DNA of 64,000 nucleotides from Perkinsus olseni (Eukaryota): NCBI GenBank assembly GCA_013115125.1, contig JABANN010000059.1, positions 1 to 64,000 of the forward strand, read 5' to 3'. Shown piece by piece: positions 55,448 to 64,000 of this stretch (position 1 is its first letter; each line of letters starts with the position of its first letter). The notes under the pieces were generated by a model. It saw only the letters and a program-made list of their open reading frames with translations, ran no database searches and was not told where the DNA came from. The position numbers and the translations under genes were made by a program.

Positions 55448-56815
55448 GGGGAAAACTGCTCTGTTTTTTGGTACTGATTTGTCCGACGCGATTCCCCTAG
55501 CGCCATTGATTCTGAAATTGACTACTGATCTAGCCGTTGGATGCCTCAATTTTTGGCTTCGATTTTTACTATTTACGTTAAAGGGAGTATCTTTGTAACC
55601 TTCATGAAGCCAACCGGCAGGGGTATCGCCGGAAGTTCACTTGCATGAATTAACTCTCATGTGTATTCGAGTAGTGCTGCAACTGGCTAGTAATTGCTAG
55701 GCCTCACTTGCTCATCATCATCATCATCATCAACACGTTGCATGCCTGAAGGTCCGTGTTTGGTTGGTCCATGGGCGACTAGTTTCGAACGAGTGGTTCG
55801 AGGCTAATTCCTTACGGAGACTGCGATTTTTCCGCTCCTGAAAGAACGCATGTGCTCGGGACGCTAGAGCGCACAATTGGAGTCGAGGCTGTATTTTGTT
55901 GCAGGCTGCACGTTGCAGGACCGCTGTGGAGGGGTAATTAATTCGTCTTGTGAATAGGACTGGAGTATGCTTGATAGAGGAGGGATTGCCCATAGCCCTC
56001 CGCGATATTGCCGCCGGTGGTCTTCTATGTCTGCTGCCTGTAATTTCCCTCAAATTTTGCGAAGAGCTGGCGTGGATTTTGCATCCTAAAGGTAAAGGCT
56101 TTATTCAGCTTCATCATGTTCTGGAGATTTATCGCTTCCCTCTTCCCATATGAGTGCCGTCACTATTTTAAACGTCTTGGCATCGTCAAAGCTGGCGCCG
56201 TGATAATGGTAGTGATGGAGGCTCTTTCTGTCGACGAGCATCGAGCGACATTGCGGATAGGGTCGCGAATCCGCCGATTCACAAGTTGAGTGTCGGTGTG
56301 GTTACAATCACTAGCCTAGCTCGCATCTGCAGCTAGTAGGAGTACTACTTGTAGTTTTTGATTAGTTGCATGGAGAATTGAACTGTTCGAATGTCCAACG
56401 ATGGGTGCTGCTTTGAGATCTCTTGGATGGCTCGAAGTGCATGGTTCGATTCTCCTGAAGCACTGCAGTGTCTTCTGGGGGGCCCTCCTAGCAGACCCTT
56501 CCGCTTTGCCCCACATCATCATCATCATGATGTGGCTGGTCGTAGGTATTCACGTCAGGATTGGCTGGTCTGGGAATTTGGCTTGGTACTGATAGTAGCA
56601 GTAGTGGAATGAAGCTTGGAGGTAGTAGGCGGGCATAGCCCATCTCGACTCTCCGGTTCGCATCATCCGGAAAAAGAGAATTGGAATAATGGTCGAACCG
56701 CAATCGTCTAGATGTAATCAGCTATTTTTCGTATGTTGTATTGACGATTCTCCCGTGGGTGGACAATTCCCATTGACCTTCTTCCACCTGGGCATTCGCT
56801 CACTTCCTTGTCAGT

Positions 56816-59800
56816 CGACCCGTGCTCTGGTGCGCCCTTCCGAGAGACGGAAGTCGTCGCGGCTGGACTTGGAGAAATGCTGCTAGTGACTGGGGTAGTA
56901 GTGTGTCATGTGGAGGGAGGGGCTGATTCGCAGAGCAGGACTCCGTTCCTCGACAACAGAGAATATTATCCAACTCAATAGAGCGTTGTTCTTTAGCGTC
57001 GCGATCACGCATCAGGATTCCTGACTCCGTGTGGCGTTGAACTCAGTGTGGCTGGCGGACAGAATATACGCGGGAAAAATTGCTCTTGAAAATCTTCGAT
57101 ATTTTTTGAAAATTCCGACCAGAAATTTTCCAAATTTTGAAATTTTTAGTCCTCTCGGCCATACTGGTTAGACTATCATCTTTCGCACCTATGCATCGGT
57201 CTGGGCTGATACAGGGTCGCTTTCCGGTTGGTCCGTGCTTGGGCGTGAGACAGTTCATCACCTGATGAGAGCCACCTTCAGGGCTCGGGATTCATCGGCT
57301 CAAACCTGGTGGAGGATCTGCTGGACTTGGGCTACCGAGTGCGCGTGTTCGATAATCTTGTAACAGGTATTTGGGACGGGGGAGCGAATCTATCGCTTCA
57401 CCCACCAATGAGAAATACTACGTTTTTCTTGCTTTGTTCAATTCGCATTTGCTGGAGGGCTCACGTCCGTTGTTCTCCACGTGAGAGCTACAGAGAACTC
57501 GCTCAGTGGCCTAAGCGATAGGTAACATCCAGTATCTGCCGCTGGACCACCCTCGGCTGGAATTTCGATACGGTGATATCATGGACATGAAGGCTCTACG
57601 GGCAGCGATGGAAGGCGTCACTGGCGTGATACATCTGGCGGCTGCTAGCAAGGTAGTATAACGATTCAATTGTTACATACGGGCGTTGGTTTTACTAGAC
57701 CGGAGGTGGTGGATACATCGGGAAGAATAGATTCTACTTGGCGGCTATCATTGTGGAGGGCTTTCTAGTACTTGTGGCGGTGGTCGCTTCTCGTAGAACT
57801 CGGAGTATTCAGCAGAGAGTATTCGGCTCAGAGTATCGGCGTTAATCTCTAATGAGGTCGAATCGCCGTATAATCATTTTGCGTCTTGGCATCTGCTCTA
57901 CTGTATACGGCCATTTTCAGCAGGTGCTGCCGAGCTTGAAAAACTCCACTATGGCGACATTCAATGTTAATGTGAACTCAGTTGGCACGGCTAATGTACT
58001 TGAAGTAGCGCAGCAAGCTGGCACGGTAGGCTGAGCCACCGCAGCGTAGTACTGGTTTAGCGGGGCGGTCTTCGTAAGTCAATTTTCAGCGCGCTGCAGA
58101 ACCAGGCGCAGGCCATAGATTCACTTCCGAATCTGAAACTGCTATTCTCGACCTCGAGTATGTTTCTACCCTATCTTGTCGTCGTCACGGGCTGGCGTTC
58201 TGAGGTCGATATCGTAATCGACCACTTCCGGCTACATGAGTATTCAGGTCTTCTTAGGTCCGGAAAGTGATATTTGCGGCGAGCAGCACTTTCTATGGAA
58301 ACCAGGACTTGCCGTATAGAGAAACAGACCACTTCTCGGTAATATATGTGCTATTGTAGCATTGAAAGCCTCCTGCATGCTCTCTAATTTCCAAAACGTC
58401 TTACGGAACCCTGTGGGTTCCCACACTGTGGGGCATTGAGCACATTCTACATCGAATGGGGTATCAAGTATATCATGTTGCATGATTCATGTATGTTATT
58501 TCAAACATGATCTAGGGAAATCTCGTCGTCCATGAAAGCCTACAGCCAGGGCACCTTCATACACCGCGATTCTATAGAGCAAGCAGAACGAAGCCTTGTC
58601 CGCCACGGATCCGCTCTGAGTAAGAGATATCGAGAGCGAGCTGCTCAGCTGTGCGGTGCTGCTTGACCAACTTCGAGTCTTGAAGATTGACGGATGGTGA
58701 TACGTTCTGCTGCTGGCCCCTCTTCGCTGTGTCCCGCTGAGGAGCCAGGTGTCGTCATACATGATGCCAAAGCTCTGTCTCACGCTATCGACACGGATGG
58801 CTGAGGCCCTCAGCCTGAGGGTGTATATAGAGAGGCACACGCTGGTTGATCGCTATGACCAGGAGAGTGGAGTGTCTAGACCAGCTGGGTGAGACCTAGG
58901 CCGAGGCTGAGCCCCAGCCCAGATTTGGCCGCGTAGTTGTCAACCAACGTTGGGGTAGCTAGCAGCGTCTAGACCAGCTACCGCCGAGAGGAGCTGGTCG
59001 CGCTGGTCCGCGCGTACGGGAAGTGGTTGCGCTAGATTCAGGAAGAGCACTTTCCAGGCTTTTTTATTATGAGAGCGTACTCCGATTGGGGGGCATCATT
59101 CCGGCTAGGAGAGATTGTTTGCGCCGCAAACTGTGCGGTTGGGCATGTATTTGTCCGACGATTTCTACGAGAGCTGGGACAAGTACGCTTCAAAGGATGA
59201 CCTTGGTGAGGACTGTCGGATTTTGCTACGTGTGTTCAGACTAAGTACGACCGACGTTGGCTCGAGGAACTCAGTTAGTTCAACTAACGCAACAGCTTTG
59301 GCGTGCCTTGCCATTCATTGTCGGTTAGCTCTGTCAAATGTCCTCCGCAGTAAAGCCGGGCCCTTGTACTACTCAAGCCATCCGTTACGTACACCGTTGT
59401 TGGAGGCGATGGTACGAAGAGCAGGGAGTTACGGCTTGTGGTGACGCTGGATACCAGCGGCTGGAAACCCATACCCGAGATTCTCTGCACTCTGGTGGAC
59501 TTGGGAAGAAGAGTGCAACACCATATTTGCCACGTCCTTTTGTACAAGATTACCGAGTAGCTATCAGTACGTTTTGAAATCATGTTGGTGGCGGATTGTG
59601 ATAGAGAAAATAGTTCCACTGGCTCTGCTGTACTGCCCTGGCCACGATACCTCCCTCACTACTGAGTTTCCTTCTCATGGCTTCTTTGCGTTCGAAGCTC
59701 GCTCCCAGTGAGGGAAAGCTCTCTCCACGCTCAACTGAAGTACAGATGGCACCGTATTCTCGATGTTGCTATTCTATTTCAAATTTTGTATACGTCTGTT

Positions 59801-61524
59801 GATGGCTGCGGCGCCATAGTGAGACGGTCGTGTATTGCTTCTTTTCTATTCAGCCTTCGAGTCCTTACAGTGCCAGCAAAGCCATGGGAGAACTACAAAT
59901 GCAGACATTTGATAAGTAGGTGGGGAGGAGGTGTTAAGCTCACCCTGTTAGTCTCGTGTATGGCGCTGCGGTTTTCCTCGGCTTAGCCCGCCTCCCGCCA
60001 CTAGTGGCTGTTGAACTTCGGCGGAAAATCCTCGGTTTTCTCCAACGCCAGTTGGCCTGGGGAACGTGTACGTTAGGGTATATAACCTCGCCACTGTATC
60101 GCTACGCTTCTTCATGGTCTACGGTCCGAGGCAGCCTCGTGATGGTGCGTACGCCATCGTCACTGGCGTTTTTGCTGGTCAGAGGGAAAGGGGCGAGTCA
60201 TTGACGATTGAAGGTGAGCTAGAATGGGTGTTGCCTCGAGCAGCATTCGGACGGCACGTCTTTGTGGGAAAAATCTTATCAACTTTCCGGAAGAGCCTGC
60301 TAGAAGGTGTTTCCCCGTTTCGCCACAGGAAATTTCAAAATTTCCCGAAAGGTATTTCAGCAATGCGTCCCTGGATCAGCATGCTGTTACCCTAGGTGAC
60401 GGCCTTCAATTTCGGGACTTCGTCCACGTCAAGGACATAGCTCGCGGAATCACACTGGCCTACCAGAGCGATAGGGTCAGAGGCGGTCAGCCGATCAATC
60501 TCGGGAGCGGAGAGGCTCATACTGTGCAGGTGAGCTGAGCCGTTATGTTCGGAACTTCAGCTCGACATGGTGTAAACGTGATTACGATGGTGCAGCCCTT
60601 GCTTCGAGTGAACCCTTCCCTGAAGTGGTTGATTCATCACTCAGTGGAATCTTAGTTTTGCAGAAGAAGAAGAAAAGCCTTCCTGCCATTTTTCTGGCTG
60701 ACGCTGGAGAACCTTGCCGCGGCTGGTCGATGCAGTCGTTGCCAATTTCAGGCGAGGACTGTCCTTTGCCTCAAATCAGCGGATGTGTGATGCACAGTAG
60801 TCGGAGTGGAAGTTCGGATTCGTTCTGTTATGTCCCTTCTCTGTGACGATCGTGGCTTCGCAGGAGCTGGCGGACTTAGTATCGCCGAATCAAAAGCGCC
60901 TGCCTGCAAGAAAAAACGACTTGAGGGGCACTCTGGCGGACACGTGCAAGGCGAAGGCAGTATTGGGTGAGTTGGGTGCAGGAGGCCTGCCTGGCGCTCT
61001 CTCTGGGAGAGTTGTGTTTTCTGATGAAAATATCGTAAAAATTCACCACCCAAGCGGGGCTGAGCGGCATGGGTTTGTACTAGGTCATAACGAACTACTA
61101 TTACCACCATTACTGTGGCTTCGCGTACACCATAATGCTCTCTTGTGTGCGGCGAGTCAAGTCTAGATGAGACGGGAATTATGCGCCGCTCGCGGACTTC
61201 GGTCAATCTGTGAGCATGGTGTCTAAGGCGAGCAGGGGGGACCTTCTTCTACTTCGAGATTCGGGAAATAGCGATTGCGGCTTCCCGTCATTCGGGGAGG
61301 TTGTGAGCCACAACTCGAAATAAGTATTAAAGAGAGAGGGTCGCAACTTGTGACCCTCTCTCTTTAATACTGGCGCTATCGCTCTCAGGTTGGTCCACGA
61401 GGAAAGACTTTCGAACTGAGATGAGCCGAATTATCGAGGATACTATCGCTGGCCGTGGTCTCTATCTTGCGGAATGGTTCCAGGATCCTGGGACTGTGGG
61501 GTGGCTTGAGAGGAAGATACATGG
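56816..61524 (+). CDS. NAD-dependent nucleotide-sugar epimerase/dehydratase (extended SDR), multi-exon; both ends uncertain
   Basis: LLVTG|GSGFIGSNLV, VIHLAA, GTANVLE, FAASS, catalytic PYSASK (exon ~59854-59915), LRFFMVYGPRQ, RDFVHVKD and INLGSG. Confidence 0.9.
61323..61371. repeat. Intronic inverted repeat with 24-bp arms, a 1-nt spacer and one G-T pair
   Basis: agtattaaagagagagggtcgcaa-c-ttgtgaccctctctctttaatact. Confidence 0.92.
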
Positions 61525-62201
61525 TGGGCAGGGCCTCTCTGTTGTTCCTCATGGACAACGAAACGCTGGCATAGCGGCCTCACCCAGCTGGCGAACTTCG
61601 CCAGTTGGATGGATGTTCCTATATCGACCCTATCGCTATATTGCTGTCTTCGCTCCCTATTGTGACATCCTCCAGTGTTGGCATAGCGGCCTACTCACCC
61701 TAGGCCGAATAAGACGAATGTTAGAGTAGATAACTCAACGAGAGTCGTTTAGAGTGATTCTTCTGCGTTACAACTAGCGCAATAACATCACTGGAGGGTG
61801 GGCTTGACGAAAGGGTCACCACGGCCAGAACAGCTGTGAGAAAGCATGTAGCTTGTAGAAGACGGTACAGTAGTAGCCCTGAAACGCTCCTGACTGCCCT
61901 GGGTGGCGAGGTGAAAGTGATCGAATCCGCGAGAGAAAATCACTTCGTGCTCATCACCGAGGGACGGCCAAGCTGGCAACGGACTAGGTTCAGCTCTCGT
62001 GCCCTTTTCAGGTTACACTCGTGCTGATCACGATAAGCGGAATTCGCTGATCGCAGGTGAGTTGAAAGCACACGGGAATTCATGGCTTGCTGACGCCCCG
62101 GGCCTGAGAGGTCGCCATGGTTGATGTCACTTTCGTACAGTAGCGGATTTGTGTTGACGAAATCGGGAGAGGTAGAGTGACTTTGTGAGGTTTTCACTAC
62201 T

Positions 62202-63708
62202 ATGTCCGTTTTAACGCTCCAAGTTCGGTATGGGGATAAACATGTATCTGTCCATGTCCCCGATGGAGCAAACTTCCGTCAACTTCAGGAGAAGCTTTTC
62301 GAGGCCACGGGGCTGCCGATCGATAAACAGGTGAGAAAGGGGCTGACAACTTTGGTGGCGAGGGGATCGGCAGGATCCGAGGGTTGACATGTGGATATTT
62401 TGGTAGCTGTAAAACATTTGTACGAGAAATTATCGGCATTTTCTCGCGTGGCATACGTGGTGATCTGGAATTAGGCTAGTTATCCTAGCGGTTCCGGCAA
62501 GCCCGTTTCGGGTCCTATCGGACGCTTCCCGAACGTGCATCAGGCGCTTCGCTAGTGGCCGTACACTGTGCCGCGTGATACTCAAAGCCGTTGAATTGCT
62601 GTAATGTAAGCTGCAAATTCGAGGATCTCAGTGTGAGCTGATATTTATCATCACATGAATAGAAGGGAGCTGCCTTAATTCGAGTGATGTGGGCCTCACA
62701 ATGTGGAGGCCAACGAGGATTCCTTGAACCACTCATTTTTGACAGGTTGTGTCGGTCGGATTCCCGCAACAACGGCTGCTCTTGGCTGAGCCAAACACCC
62801 CACTGTCAGCGTTGAAGATCGGCAAGGATGATATATTATCACTCTCGGCCACCGGAGGTAAGGATACGCCAAATCGATCACATAATCGATTTCTGGATAT
62901 CTTCCGTTGTGGCCATAGAGAAGCCAGTAAGTTAGGGGTTATCGCTCGTTCTGGGTCCTTTCCGCACGGCATTTCTCGCTGCTTGCTAGTCGAATCGAGC
63001 TAGTCCCCTTCTGAGAATGAAAATGGACGCCCCCTTTTCTGCTCATTTTTTACATAATCGATATGATTTCTGACGATAATGTATTCAATTTCGATATTTT
63101 TTCGGAGCTGTAGAGCCTTGGCAGTCGACCGGAACAAAATTCGGGAGTGCTTCGAAATTTCGAACGGCCGGTTTTCTCGAAATTCACGGTATAAGGTCCT
63201 CCGGGGAGAGAAGTGCAACCGATGTTAGGCTGCATCAGAGCTACCGATGATAGTCACCGTTGGCCGGCCGCCACCCTGCTTGCCCGTTAATGAACTTGCT
63301 TTTCCACCCGCCTCGCAATTATACAGTGTGGCACTGGTGATTGTCACAGACTTTCGTTCTATGCAGGGTCCTCTGAGAGCGCTAGTAGTACCTCTACCGT
63401 TGCGTCTCGGCGGGTCGAACCTCGACCTGTCGACTTGGCGAGAACACGTTTTCCCATACTCGACCCCGAGCTGGTGAGTTGGGGGATTTTTGGTATTCGA
63501 GTAATGAACGATCCGTATCTTAGGTTGATCTTGGCGGATTTCACAGGGAGCCTGTTCCGGGTGACAATTCGTGCATGTTTACAGCGGTTATTCGCTCACT
63601 GCAACTGAAGGGCATTACCACTCGAGATCTTCGGGGGATTGTGGCGCGGACGATCGAAGCTAACCCGAATCGATACACCGAGGCCGTGCTCGACAAACCA
63701 GCGAAAAA
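62202..63708 (+). CDS. OTU1: OTU1/YOD1-type deubiquitinase, 5' part (continues past the window)
   Basis: UBX-like N-terminus (LQEKLFEATGLPIDKQ|VVSVGFPQQRL), then the catalytic exon VPGDNSCMFTAV...LRGIVARTIEANPNRYTEAVLDKP. Confidence 0.85.
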
Positions 63709-64000
63709 GTGAGAAAAAGGGAGTGGTGGAGATTGAGAGAGAACTCGGTGTTGTCTTGTCTTCGACCTTGGATGCGCAGGCATGACCTTCCCTGACTATC
63801 GTGGCCACTGGAGTTTCATAACAACTGATCACTAAGGGTTATCTTAATTTATTCCGATTTCTCCCTTCTTTGCTAAACAAGAATATCGGGACAACTCAGC
63901 GGTACTTCAGGTGGAGTATCTTATACTTCTGTGAAGTACTAGGATCAACCTTGATTCACACTTTCGGCTTTTAGTGCGAAGAATTCTAACCTGATTGATG

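Noticed and set aside
55712-55732. (CAT)n tract, also at ~56513
   Set aside because: Ordinary short microsatellite.
63408-63430. B-box-like cgggtcgaacctcg
   Set aside because: It lies in an OTU1 exon (RRVEPRP) and has no tRNA context.

Overview
This is eukaryotic, intron-rich DNA of about 50% GC with short GT-AG (occasionally GC-AG) introns. The gene style suggests a Perkinsus-like alveolate, which is my inference and was not checked. Genes reconstructed by reading splice sites: an NmrA/isoflavone-reductase-like 5' exon, a SUMO-like domain protein, SURF1, PI4-kinase III beta, a USP deubiquitinase, an unknown CxxC/coiled-coil protein, SAE1/AOS1, a ~19 kb NADH-glutamate synthase (GLT1), a small secreted protein, an F-box-like protein, an extended-SDR epimerase and OTU1 (truncated by the window edge). 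The most striking signal is in the introns. Five full-length tRNA genes and one tRNA pseudogene are nested in GLT1 introns. About a dozen further 5'-truncated tRNA 3' halves (B-box/T-arm, acceptor strand, often a T-tract) lie in introns or gene flanks, and some make up most of a 48-69 nt intron. A second 17-bp motif (AATTTCGTGGCGCGYGA) recurs about 15 times, nearly always in introns. The window also holds a Helitron remnant, two long hairpins, local exon duplications and several dispersed repeats. Exon boundaries were read by eye and the 5' ends of several genes are uncertain.
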